This document shows, one piece after another, positions 51,830 to 64,000 of a stretch of DNA of 64,000 bases. Origin of the DNA: Octopus sinensis. Its lineage: Eukaryota. Position numbers and translations under genes: made by a program. The notes below the pieces were generated by a model. The model saw only the letters and a list, made by a program, of their open reading frames with translations. It searched no databases and was not told the DNA's origin. The stretch spans positions 7,564,001 through 7,628,000 of the forward strand of contig NC_043015.1 of NCBI RefSeq assembly GCF_006345805.1, given 5' to 3'. Numbering within the stretch: the stretch's first letter is position 1; each line of letters opens with the position of its first letter.

Positions 51830-53114
51830 AACGTTATCGAGAATTATATCTATATATAATTAAGTTATTATTTTTCATATATTTGTATATATATATATAT
51901 AGATATATATATATATACTGTCTGAAGAATTATTTTCCCTGAACATTACGCGATAGGGCAGTATCATTTACCATAATATTTGATTGAATATAAAACATAG
52001 CAACACACCTTACCCTGCTTCCCAAACATTGCACATTTTATTCGTAAGTGAATTTTAAATTCAACGAGAACAACGAATTAAATAAACCTAAATTGGAAGT
52101 TAGTTGTTTTTCTTTTTCTCTTGCAAATTTAACTATCACAAAATACGCTTAGTTCTAACTTAGTTTTATAGTCGGTAATGGAAATTAGATTTGAAAACTG
52201 TTTGACGTTCACATGACACACTGCTTAGCTCTTTAGCTCGTTTTCCTCTCTATAGCTTGAGTTAATCTACTATTAGTTTTTTTTCTCTCGTCACTATTGC
52301 CAGATATCTAAAGAACACCGTTACAACCAGAAATATTTTTATTTGTATTTTGTTTGGGAGTGAAATTTTTCAATTATTTCAAATAAGATTACGTTTGTTT
52401 CTACAACTCCTACAACATTAAGATAAACGCCGAATGTATTAAAATTATATAAGGAAGTTCATATTATTCTTTTATTTCCACTATTTCAAAAATTATCTTA
52501 GATTCTTCTCACAATTATTTATATATTTTAACTATGTTTATTTAAAAGTTCGTTATGAATTTTTTATACGATGTAATTTAACTTTAAGGTTACCGACAAG
52601 CATAAAAATAAAATACACAACAAATTCTAAAATATAAATATGTCATAAATACTACAATGGAAAAAATAAGGATTATAGGTATATTTAGACGTGTTTTCAA
52701 ACCTTTATATCTCGTCATTCTTCAACAATGTAATATATTCTCTCTTTATGTCTTCGCGACATACAGAATGTCTTAATGGGGTTATAATTTAATTGTACAT
52801 TCATGCTACTATCGTAAAACTTTGTTTTCTGTTTCATTTTGTTCATTAAATAGGAAGGAATGCCCAATGTAAAATGTTAAGCGTGTTAAAAACAGAATAT
52901 GGCGTATTTCATAGTATTATGTAAAACTGTAATGCATAGATGATTATAAGAGTAAATATTTTACTAGGGTGGGTTTTATGTTTGACACTGATGGAGTAAA
53001 ATCATTATAATACCGGTAGTAGAAAGAGAAAAAGAAAACAATATGCCATTTGGAGAGTAGTTTATAGGAAATTACATGTAAATTGAGCAATGTGGTAAAG
53101 TCATAAGAGTTCTA

Positions 53115-53417
53115 TGAGTAGTTGAGCTAATCCATGTATATGATCAAAGTAAGTTTTTATACTTTCAGGAAATCTTCGATTATGTTTAAGATCAGCTTTT
53201 TTTATATCTTTATCGGGATGGAAGGCATCTTTTATTAATCTCTGTGACTTGTAGAAGGGAGGGAGGAAGCTATGATCAGTCATATATCCGCTTCTAATAC
53301 TTGCAACAGACTGGACGCCGCGTCGGGATGTAAATGACTACATCATTCATAATCGAAGATTTCTTGAAAGTATGAAAACTTATTTTGATAATATACATGT
53401 ATTAGCTCAACTATTCA
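53115..53417. repeat. Inverted repeat, 70-bp arms (64/70 identical, no gaps), 163-bp spacer
   Basis: 53115-53184 reverse complement vs 53348-53417, compared base by base. Confidence 0.92.
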
Positions 53418-54477
53418 CTGACTTTCCCACAGTGTTCAATTTGAGTTCATTAAGAATCGCTTCTTTTCTTTTACAAAAATTGAAGAAGGTGTTTGATGGA
53501 GATTTTATGTAATGTTTGAGTTGTTAATAATTATTTTTTACCTTAAATCCCTCCCTACAAAATGTTACAGCGCAATTGTCATAAAATATAAATGCTTAAG
53601 ACAGCTACTGATTTCTATGCAACAAAGGGTCACTACTTCGGTTACTTCGATTAAGAATTATACAAACAAATGTTGGGCTGAGAATAAAAATCACTGATGA
53701 AACCAAAGAAGATTCGGGAAAAAAATGTTATTCGCATTTAATATCACAGTGAGAGCGAAGGACGGAAGAACGATTATCTACATGCCCATAGAGAATACAG
53801 TAGGTTTGAAAGAAGAATGGTAACAGAAATGCGAGAAAATGAAATATTAATAGTGTACAATATTCTACTAACGTTCATTGTTCTTCCGTATAAATAAGAA
53901 AATATTTCAATAAGTTTCTTATGTGAATTATTACAAATTTTATTATGAAGTAGATTATTCAATTTGTCAATTAATCCTTTACGTAACGTCTTCGAATTCT
54001 TGTTTACATTTTCTTTTCATCAAATTATATAATTTTCTTTTAGAAAATAATATGAAGAACGATACTCTTCAGGGTAAAATTGCTTTTTGATGAAGAGAGA
54101 TGTATCTCATTGAGGAGAAATTATCGGTAACCATGGTGATGAAACTAATGTCATTAAATCAAGGAAATAACTAATAATGACATTTTCGACATTAAATTAT
54201 TTCTCTAGAGGAATTATAAGAGAAATCAAGTTTTCAATGGAGATAAAAACATAATATAGAAACACAGAAAACTTATGCGTCATTGAAATCGACGGAGATT
54301 AGTATTCAATCAGTTGTGTGACTGTATCTTATCTTTAAAAAGCTATATCTTGCTTAGAAACAAAATCTATCCAAACACCGTCCAAAGACAATACAAGTCA
54401 TCAGCAAATAAGAGAAAATAATGTTAAGGACGGTGTCGACGATGATATAATAACCAGAAAGGAGAAAATACAAGTGA

Positions 54478-54649
54478 CATATTTCTCCCGAGAAAATGAG
54501 AATGAGGTAAAGTTTTATTTAATATCTTTATACAAAATGAATCTGTAAGACACATTTCTCCCGAGAAAACGAGAATCAGGTAAAGGTTTATTTAATATCT
54601 TTATACAAAACTATCATTATGACCCGGCAACGCCGGGTCATAGTGCTAG
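54478..54649 (+). mobile_element. Helitron-like 3' end with internal 60-bp duplication
   Basis: 10-bp hairpin TATGACCCGG-CAACG-CCGGGTCATA (54618-54642), then GTGCTAG|T; direct repeats at 54478-54537 and 54551-54610. Confidence 0.75.
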
Positions 54650-55523
54650 TTTGGTATAAATTTGTTAAATTTAAAATTTGGGGTAATAAAACATACAATG
54701 ACATATTAAAAAGACGAATTAAAATTCCAGAGAAAAATGCATAGAAAATAAACATACAAATTTACAAAAGTACATAAAAGCACCAATTAGTATGAAACAT
54801 ATATATTTAAAATTGGCACTCCCTCGTCAGGTGATTTTTTACACATAACACATAGTACACGGAAAGAAATGCACAATTACATACCTGCTACATGCGAAAA
54901 ACCAGACATTACGTACTCCCAAAAATTCTCATAGACACTGAATGCTACTTTATAAGCATATAATTCAATCTAGCAGCTATAGTAAATGTTATGCGCACAG
55001 CTCCATCTAGACTAATTCACTTCTGCACCGAATTAAATTTCTCATCTTTTAATTTCTCCCATTCATGCAAAGCCACATATTCGAGTTCAAATCCTAGATA
55101 TATTTTATACTAATTGCTATATTTATCTTTTAATTGTTATATTACGATTTAATTACCATACTTTAGTTTTATTTTAATTAATACTTAATATATTTACTAT
55201 AGTTCATTCAATTGTTATTATTACCTCTAACTTTTATTGAAATTTTTATTTCTAAATTTCTTGTGGAACGTCGAGTGGATCTTATGCGTACAATATATTT
55301 ATTTCTAAACGTCGGGCTTTATGTCTGTTCTGTAGATATAAATTAATATATGTATGTGTTTGATCTTTGTGTGGATTTTGTAGTGCTCTTGTAGTTGCTG
55401 CTCGCATTGCCTCCCCTCGGATTAAAATGTGTATACAGCTCGTTTGAGCACTACTATTCCAGTCTGTTATATATTTTGAGCGTTGTTGTCACTAACGATC
55501 CCAAGATATAACTTTATCTTTTG

Positions 55524-55570
<47 letters not shown>

Positions 55571-55809
55571 TCTATATACATACAATAGAGAGTTGTTTTT
55601 GTTTCACTTTTAACACGTAATACTGAAATAGTGGAGAAGATATGAGAGTACTGTGGGCTCGCCCTAGGCAAAAGGTAAAAAAATTATTTTGCCGATGACA
55701 CACCCCGGACCCTAAGCAAGACATGTGTAAAATTTGAATGAAATTGGTTGTGTAGTTCTCACATAGACAGACAGACAGACATACATTCTCAATTTTATAT
55801 ATATAGAGA
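55571..55809 (-). mobile_element. Helitron-like (DINE-type) 5' fragment
   Basis: Minus A|TCTCTATATATATAAAATTGAGAATGTATGTCTGTCTGTCTGTC...CAACCAATTTCATTCAAATTTTACACA, with (GTCT)n near the 5' end as in 9520-9897; no CTAG end visible. Confidence 0.65.
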
Positions 55810-55968
55810 TGAATCAATAAGAAGACTTTCTCCAGAATTTTTCCACTTCCAGCTTTTATTTCCTTAGTGAATGCCGTAGAATATTAATCGGTGAAATACA
55901 AGCGGCAGAACCTAGGACAAGGCTCGTGAAATTGATCCTTGGTTCATCGTCATTATTGCAGTATAGAA

Positions 55969-56542
55969 CTAGGCTAAAGTCGACATTCCTCTAACGTGTT
56001 CAGGTTCACCCTGTATTGACATGCAAAGTTGATCTTTAAACTGTAGAAAATCATTCAAGAGCTCTTCTTTATTAAGGCTGGAAAAAAATAACAAAATGCC
56101 ACTTGACAAGTAATCCAGAACGGCAAAGAACATACCTGCGGCCGTATGTGGTCCTAGAGGATTGCCTGGGAAATCGAAAAGGAGAGTAATATACCATATA
56201 TTATCAGAGTCCACACAGCAGCAAAAACATAACAACTGTTTCTACAATACAATATTTCGTATCCACGAGAAAAGGAAAGAAACGTGCTTGTAACTACGAA
56301 CCTCTTACTCATTGGTAATAAGTTTTGATTGGACTGGAATCTTAATTCTACTTCAGGATTTTGTAAATATAGTCATGACGAGAAATTGGTGTGTAATACT
56401 TACAGAAATGTCAAGGATATATATATGGCCTGCTCGCTTAGCCGGCGGGGTGGCGTCGTTCGAAGGCTAAAACAATGCGAACACATTGTGACCAGTGATG
56501 TGTAGCAACATCTGATGGTCTGGTCGGTCACATGATCACGTG

Positions 56543-56587
<45 letters not shown>

Positions 56588-57222
56588 GCGTTTAATTTCA
56601 TTTTTGTGTGCCTCGAGTAGAGAGATTTCTTTTTATTTAGGAAAGGACAACAACATAGAATTCTTTTTCAGTTGTTATTGCTTTTTTCTAGGAATCATAC
56701 TTAGGAAAATTCTACACATGTAGAGAATAACAATCAACTAATTATGGTTATCCAACGCATTTTCTCTCAGCCGTTGCACACGCAGTTGACGTTTACCGTG
56801 GATGTTTTATCGGAGACACATTATGCCCAATAAATTCATATGCCGCGCCCACACTCAAAGCGTCAATTTGTCAAGCGAGTGTGCACGAAATTTGATTTAG
56901 GTGGAATTCTAACCAGTTCACTAACATTAGTGCCAGGTGTTGTCCTAGAAGATGTTATTAATCTTGCCTCCAGAATCTGAACCACAACAATATACATCAG
57001 CATTTGTTTGCTGATTTAAAACGTTGGCCATTTTCCGGAACTCTTTGTATTGTACGCTTCGTTCAAAAAGATGTTTCTTACATTTCTCCTGTATATCTTG
57101 ATACGACACTTTTTGTATAAGATATTGATACCAATCAGTAGTAACACGTATGTGTTTGGGAGGACTATCTCGCGGTGAAACTGGCTGTGAAATTGGCTTG
57201 CAGCATCAATCACTAGGGGTAA
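55969..57222 (-). other. Candidate three-exon segment (57222-57082, 56165-56136, 56077-downstream)
   Basis: Three polypyrimidine-CAG acceptors and donors AAT|GTAAGA and CAG|GTATGT, all on the same strand; exon lengths of 141 and 30 nt are multiples of 3. Confidence 0.3.
56428..56545 (+). mobile_element. Short interspersed-repeat fragment ending in (TA)n (probable LINE 3' end)
   Basis: GC-rich GCCTGCTCGCTTAGCCGGCGGGGTGGCG...GGTCACATGATCACGTGA directly followed by (TA)n; recalled as a common octopus repeat, not confirmed in the window. Confidence 0.4.
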
Positions 57223-58223
57223 CTGCAAATGAAAGGAATATGCAGTACCTGACGCTCTGCATGTAATACGTCCACAGAAAAATCAAATAGGTGATGTAAT
57301 GTTTACTTTCATTCAATCGAAACTGTAATCAGTTTGGTGACCTTTTAGGGATCGATAAAATACGGCAAGATATGGTGAGCAGGTGCCCTTCTCACTTGGA
57401 TACTAATTGAAGAGAAGATCTCACTTACAGGAGGTTATTTGGATACCGACGGCTACTACAAGAAATGGGGTTTCTCATACTGTGTAGGAAATCTCTCAAC
57501 CTGTATATGCGAGTGGACATCCCAGAACGAGGAGTGTGAAAAAGTGTGGCCGCTTATATGCTCCACGCCTTTGAGCTGCACAACTACTACACCGCAGATG
57601 TTGCAGATATAATAAGAAGGGCGATGAACGTTGTATAGTGAATACGGCTCATTTAGTTAAGGAGAGATATTTTCTCGGGGAACAAACCCTCGTCACCAAC
57701 AAGTACCATTTTAAAGGAAGATAGGTAGTGTAATATGATGATCCCTCTAGCCAATTTTGTGGTAGTCGAGTGTGGCTTTTGAAATTATCTGAATTGGCTA
57801 TATGCAGTTACTCTAGCAGATGTTGGCTGGCAGAAAAGACTGATAAATTGCACTTGTATTTGATGCCTCATACATATCCGGGTAGTGAGTTGCGTGATCC
57901 ACCCCCCCCCCCCAAATATAGCCACCCCATTTAACGAGCATGTATCTTCCTTATTTTATTGATCTGTAACTTTTGTGCTCTTTATAATCATCTATTTTTG
58001 AATGTGAAATGTTCCTTACTGTTGGTCAGCAAATTTAATTAAATATAATCTGAATCTTGTCTCTTGCCTTTTTGGGGTCGTCTTTTTAGTTTGGGTAAAA
58101 TACCAGTAATACGTTGAGTGCAATAGCATCGACTAATCATCTCACCTGAAATTCAACCTCTCTACGGATGTTCGAAAAAATTATTTATCATCAACGTCAT
58201 CTTCATTATTATTATTATTATTT

Positions 58224-58425
58224 AGGCGGTGAGCAGACATAATTGTTAGCATGACGGACAAAATGCTTTGTGGCATTTGTTGAGTTCAAATTCTGCCGAG
58301 GTCGACTATGCCTTTTACCTTTCGAGGCTCATTAAGTATGTACCAGTTGAGCACTGCGACCGATGTAATCGATTTAAACTCTACCCTGAAGTTGGTGTGG
58401 CAAAATTTGAAATCATTGTTGTTGC
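58224..58425 (+). mobile_element. Family B SINE
   Basis: AGGCGGTGAGCAGAC...GAGTTCAAATTCTGCCGAGGTCGACTATGCCTTTTACCTTTCGAGG...AAGTATGTACCAG. Confidence 0.8.
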
Positions 58426-58639
58426 TGTTGTTCTTCTTCCAATCAGGACTCCTGCCATTAGCCACAAAGAATAATATCTAATTCGTGCCTACTCTAAGCT
58501 ACTAAGAATGAGTGTAGCAACTTGAAGATCCACCCGCCACACGCGATAGAGTGGCGGTTGCACGGGCGCGAAAGCCACGTTGTTATCCTCATTCCCTAAA
58601 CGGTGGCTTTTAACAGGTGGAGAGCTGAACCATCCTGGT

Positions 58640-58885
58640 GTAAAGAGGATTCGCAATCTAGACTAGAGTCTGAAAGTTTACCACACCATAGTGGGTTACA
58701 CCATGGTTCCTCTGCTTTGCGGCAGAAGTAGGAAGGAAGAGTAAGAGAAAGTTGTGGTGAAAGAGTACAGCGGGGTTCACCACCATTATCACCCCGCCGG
58801 ATCCTCGTGGAGCTTAAGTGTTTTTGCTCAATAAACACTCACAATGCCCGGTCTGCCCTAAACACTGGGCCATTGCGCCTCCACT
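58640..58885 (-). mobile_element. Family D-related SINE with deleted head
   Basis: GCCGGATCCTCGTGGAGCTTAAGTGTTTTTGCTCAATAAACAC...GCCCGGTCTG...GGCCATTGCGCCTCCAC aligns with 44157-44284. Confidence 0.75.
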
Positions 58886-61347
58886 GCTGTTGCTGTTATT
58901 GTTATTAGACCGACGTTTTGATAGAACTGTTAACACTCCTGATAAAATGCTTAGCAACATTCCATCTTAATCTTTATTTTCTGAATTCTAATCCTATCGA
59001 CCTCAACTTTACCTTTTATCCTTCGGTGTCAATAGAAGAAAGTACCCCCTCTCCAGAAAAGTGTTGGTATTGTAGGAAAATTAAAAAGAAATATACTTGT
59101 TATAATTTTTAAAAGATTTTGCATACATTCCCTGATAAAATATATGTGAAATTACAGATAAATTCATTTGAACAGTTTTAGTACATCAAATTCTTTTTAT
59201 ATTAAATCTCTAATTTCTCATTTCTTATTTCTAATTTCAAATGCCATTTTCACCGTTTTCTTAAACCACCTTAAGCACAACCGATGTTGTTATGTAGTGC
59301 ATTCACTGACTTGCTATTAAAACATTTTTAAATATCATGGTGCATACAGTGAGATTCTATTAAATGTTTCCAACTTCATTCCTGATGTAATAGAAACTGT
59401 CGTATAAAATTACTTTATAACTTATCTATTTCAAAATTTCAATTACCTCAATCGCAAAAGAGAAAAAAAAACTGAGAACATTGAGAATGTGGCTTAATGT
59501 ATAGACATTCATATTTGCATTTTTGACAACAAGTTTTAAATGGAGTTGTTGACATTTAACTAGCAATTTAATTCAGCTAGCAAGTTCTAATTTGAATATG
59601 TATATGTATATATATGTATGTATGTATGTATATATATATGGGGGAGGGTGATGGTTTGCTACTTATCTAACTTTATAAATTTAAGCTTCAAAAGTGTGTT
59701 TTTTATTTATGAGCCAAGTTTATAAATTGTACTTTCAACTCCGAGTATATTTCCAGTGTATAAAGAACGACACATAATTTATATGCAAATGTCTAAGTTT
59801 CAATCACTAAGGTAAAATGAGTTTCATTTTGGTGATATTTGAAAAGGTTAATGGATATTTAAATATATTATATAGATATACCTAAAACTTTGAAGTATTC
59901 GCATCCGTTAAAAGTCCATTGAATTACCATTAATACTTCGAAAATCAATACAATTTATCCTCGTTTGTCTCTATAATCTTGAATTTTATATGGCAATTAA
60001 ATTGTCAAATAAAAAACTAGAAAGTGCTTTTTTTCTGAGCCATGACTGAACATCATACGTGCAATTAAATGATGAATGGATAGGTATTAATTCAAACAGC
60101 TCACTACTATTGTCCTTAAGTTATCTATGCATGCGTGTAAAAGCGCTAACCAATGATTACTTCGAAAGTAATTTCTTAAAATGGCACAGATATATTAATA
60201 TTGAATTCTATTTCACTATTCAAGTTCATTTTTCAGGAAATACAATAAACCAAGAGGTCAGTGCTTAAGAGGTTTCTGCAGTTAACCGAATGAGAGATAA
60301 ATGAAATTTGGTGTGGTCGTTGCATAAGCGTAGCTGAAAATTTTCAAAATCTCTCTTCTGCAGCAAAACGATAGGATATCTGTTATTCTCTTCAGCTTGC
60401 AGCTAAAAGTAAAACATGGTTCCTTTTTATATCTCCTTACTGCACATATAACCATATTGATTTGTATGAAAATCGATTCTAATGTAGGCTTAATCAATCT
60501 AATGCCTCTCCACTCTAACCATATTGCCTTAACGTGTTCCAGTAATGATTGTTAAAATAATAAAAGTAAAACATAAACAAACAAGCAAAATATCAAAGGA
60601 CTTGATTAGCAATCAAGTAGTGATTTATTTTTTTACAGACAAAATCTAATCGTATAATCACAAAATCTTTGGATTTCAGTTCATAAAGAAATGTTTCCTC
60701 TAATCACTACTAAGAGAAAATGAAAATTTGCATGACAATAAAATTGATCATTTACTAAAATGGGTTCTTGCTTCTTTATTTGTTTTTTTTTTTTTTTTTT
60801 TGGGTGTGTTATTTAAAATAAAAACCTCATCATTTTATTTCAGAAAACATTAACCACCGACATATTTATCAATGAGCGTGCGCTGTAAATTCAATCAGGA
60901 AACGAGGGATTTCACAGCAGCAGAATGTAGGAAGCTTGTGCTAGTTCTAATGATCTGATAGCAGTAATAACCAAACAACCCATATAGGGCATTCTATTGT
61001 CTTAGAAAACAAACATGAATGCATATATTTCTTCTTATATTCTATGATTATTTATATTATTAACTACACAGTGTAGTTACACATAAGTATTGAAACAAAA
61101 ACTCTAAAAAAGATAAGAACGAATATTCGTGGCTGCAATGTTTTCCGTAACAAATTTATGTTACTGACTGTGAGAACAATGTAACAAACAAAAGCTAATA
61201 TAAAGATTTGGTAAAATTGACTTGAAATTGTGTCTTATCATTGAATATATCTATAAAATAACAACCATACAGAATCATATTTGAAAAAATGCAGATTCAT
61301 ATCTATAACTATCTTTCTCCGTTTCCCTCTCTCATTCTGTATGTATG

Positions 61348-61393
<46 letters not shown>

Positions 61394-61396
61394 ATA

Positions 61397-61530
61397 TAGG
61401 CGTGACTGTGTGTTAAGCTTGCTTTCCAACCGCATGGCTCCGGATTCAGTTCCACTGCTTGGCACCCTGAGAAATAGTATTCTGCTATAGTGTCGGGCTG
61501 GCCGAAGCTTTAGACACAACTTGAAAGAAT
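61397..61530 (+). mobile_element. Family A SINE head
   Basis: TAGGCGTGACTGTGTGTTAAGCTTGCTTTCCAACCGCATGGCTCCGGATTCAGTTCCACTGCTTGGCACCCTGAG...CTATAGTGTCGGGCTGGCCGAAGCTTT. Confidence 0.75.
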
Positions 61531-63825
61531 TTATATATATAAATTATTTTACTCATTTATTGTATGTTGTTTCGTACTGCAAGGACGATGATTACGTTGC
61601 ATTTTATTATTAGCCTTATTTCTCTGAATAAATCACTAAAAGGTAATTCCGTATGTGTATCAAATATGTATACACATAACGTGGTATATTTGCTACAATA
61701 ACGTTTAATTATCTTACATAATTCGATATGAGCTCTATGTAATAATTCGTTGTTATCAAAGTACTGTAGAATCGATAAACATATTTGTAGAACAGACTTA
61801 TTGAATCTTGGAATGCAACGGTCAAATCAGTAAAGAATAATCGCCAGGTCACTGAGTGATGTCTATTTGCATCATCTCAGATGTGTCCAGTACCTTAATC
61901 ATTGCTACTTAGAGAGTGCGGGTGAAAAGCTCTTAAATTTGCATCATTTTCTAACTGTTAAACAACTCAGTTCTTGGTAACATCTAAATTGAAAATGATT
62001 TCTTTATGAATATAATTTAGATTTTATGACCATATGGGAATTCTTTGCCTGTCTTCTCCTTTCAATGGAATATCTTTTGCATTCATTCTATTAGTTGATT
62101 AATGAAACGCTGCGACATTTTAAGTTAGTCAGCTTAGATTAAATTCGGCCATTATTGGCCCAGGCTACATCTAACTAAACAGCAGCAGAATGAGCAGCCC
62201 TTTAGGACATTATATCCCACCTGTGAATAGGGAAATTTTTGCTCGTTGTGATGTATTAATGTGTCAGGGCTTGTCAATTAGTTTTTGAAGAATTTCTTCA
62301 AATTTGGTTTTTTTTCTGATTTTATCTGTTACGAAGTGATGGTATCTAACGCATAATCAGTTGAACTAAAAATCAAATCATTATGCTTTTATGCTGTATG
62401 AGTTTCACTTTCGTGGGGGGCGAATACCGCACCGTGGGTGATTTTTGAATTACATTCCAGCAACGTTGGACAGTATTGAAAGACTATTGTTCATAATTTT
62501 CAAATGGTACTGCATCACCTGCAGATTGAATCCTCGGTTTTTAAAAATAGAAAGGGTTACACATGTACATAAATCTAAATAGTTACCAATACGCTACTTC
62601 TACTTTAGAATAACTGCCTACTATTTGCGTTCCATTAAAACTAGTTTCTTAAACTAACCGCGATTGTAGCATTAATCCATTTAAGCAGACTAGTTATCTA
62701 TTAAAAACTAAATTCTATGAATTTCCGTTCAATGTTTGTTCTATGTTACGAATTGTTTCAATTGGCATATATTAAGTTGTATTTGTTGATGAAGTAAACA
62801 GCTATCAGCTGTTTTTCTTTAATTTTATTTTAGTTTCATTTGTTGAAAGAAAAACAATGCATTTTGTTTTGTTGTGTTGCATATTTAGATTATAGTTTAA
62901 TGAATATAAGTCAATTGAAATGAAGAGCGTTGCGTTAGGTAGACAGATACACGTCTATTCACGGTTGGGTAACATAACTAGAACCTAGAACAGCTGGCAT
63001 CTTAAGTAAAGATATGTTAAGATAAGACAGAAGTAGGTTAATGCTCAAAGTTTAGAAATAACATAACTGTACCGGAATGACGTTAAACAAATTGCCAAAA
63101 TTTACGGAAATACGTACTTAGCAATACACACATTGTGAAGAAAATTGATTACACAGACATACACTGTTAAGTATCATAGAAACTTAAGACATTCTTCTCT
63201 AGTGGACCAGCTATCATAAAAAGAGGTATAGATGCATACATAGACACACATGCGAAATATACGCACATACTTACACAGATACACACGCACACATAGGCAC
63301 ACACACACACACATATTTGTGCCTGACTATCTTCTTATATAACCCGTAGAGTGTTTGGAATATATTTGTTAATATGCCATCCGCTTCTAAATTTACTGCT
63401 AATAAATCTGATAGGTTCATGAAATATTTTAGAAAATAAGCCAAAAAACAAAAAACCCAAAAAAGTGACAGGTGTTCTCGCCCACGTATATTATGATTTT
63501 TTTTCAGAATTTTTCATTAGTGATAAACGTTTTCAGTGTACGATTTAAAATGCTTTTAAGAGAAGTAGATAATTTGTTTCCTGTGAGATAATACGACACG
63601 CATTCATTTCCTTATTTAGAATGCGTTTGAACAGTTTATATATTTCCACTGTTCCCTTCAAATCTAAATTATCGTGAATTTTTCTTATTCAGAAGTAGCA
63701 AGAATAGGCACGTGTCATCTTATGTATAATATATACACATGTATTTCAGTGTGTATATAAATATATATGTGTGCGTCAGTGTGTACATGTGTGTATAATA
63801 TATACATTCATGTATATATATATTC

Positions 63826-64000
63826 TTTTGTTCTTTTATTTGTCTCAGTCATTTGAATATAGTCATGCTGGAGCACCACCTTCAGGGGTTTTGGTCGGGT
63901 CGTGCATATATTAGAAGATACTTGACCAAACTGCCACGCAGTGGGACCGAACCTGGAACCATGATACTGGAAATCAAGTTTCTTTCCACATACCCACGCC
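63826..64000 (-). mobile_element. Family A SINE with internal deletion, runs off window end
   Basis: Tail TCTCAGTCATTTG...CATGCTGGAGCACCACC joined to AAGATACTTGACCAAACTGCCACGCAGTGGGACCGAACCTGGAACCATG. Confidence 0.75.

Noticed and set aside
53101-53283. Protein-like 60-aa minus-strand ORF
   Set aside because: Half of it is one arm of the 70-bp inverted repeat, and the donor signal is weak.
55904-55947. Possible SECIS (ATGA-stem-AA) downstream of the TGA-containing exon chain, minus strand
   Set aside because: A stem forms, but the required GA on the 3' side of the quartet is absent (TC instead), so it gives no support for selenocysteine.

Overview
Eukaryotic, strongly AT-rich and repeat-dense DNA. 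The tRNA-derived SINE families and very long AC/AT microsatellites point to an octopus (coleoid cephalopod) genome, although the species cannot be fixed from sequence alone. I recognise no intact protein-coding gene, and almost every long ORF in the six-frame track is a microsatellite translation. The window reads as a large intron or intergenic region. It contains about 20 copies or fragments of four tRNA-derived SINE families (A-D, my labels), a full-length but dead DD34D mariner (15126-16309), a decayed CR1/Jockey-group LINE RT (11.4-12.8 kb), two R4/Dong-like LINE fragments (44.4-46.7 kb), four non-autonomous Helitron-like pieces, three MITEs (Tc1/mariner- and piggyBac-type), a Penelope-like 3' end, several long inverted repeats, a 570-bp-period tandem duplication and kilobase-scale alternating purine-pyrimidine arrays. 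The best leads are: (1) a decayed minimal-hammerhead-like motif in the Penelope-like end at 40410-40437; (2) a chain of strong minus-strand splice signals at 56-57.2 kb whose symmetric exons read through except for one in-frame TGA (possible edited stop, Sec, pseudogene or UTR); (3) long fold-back repeats that would be ADAR substrates if transcribed; (4) Helitron-like elements sharing a 3' end but with different 5' modules. I cannot establish a new biological system here; all exon calls are low-confidence and need RNA-seq.
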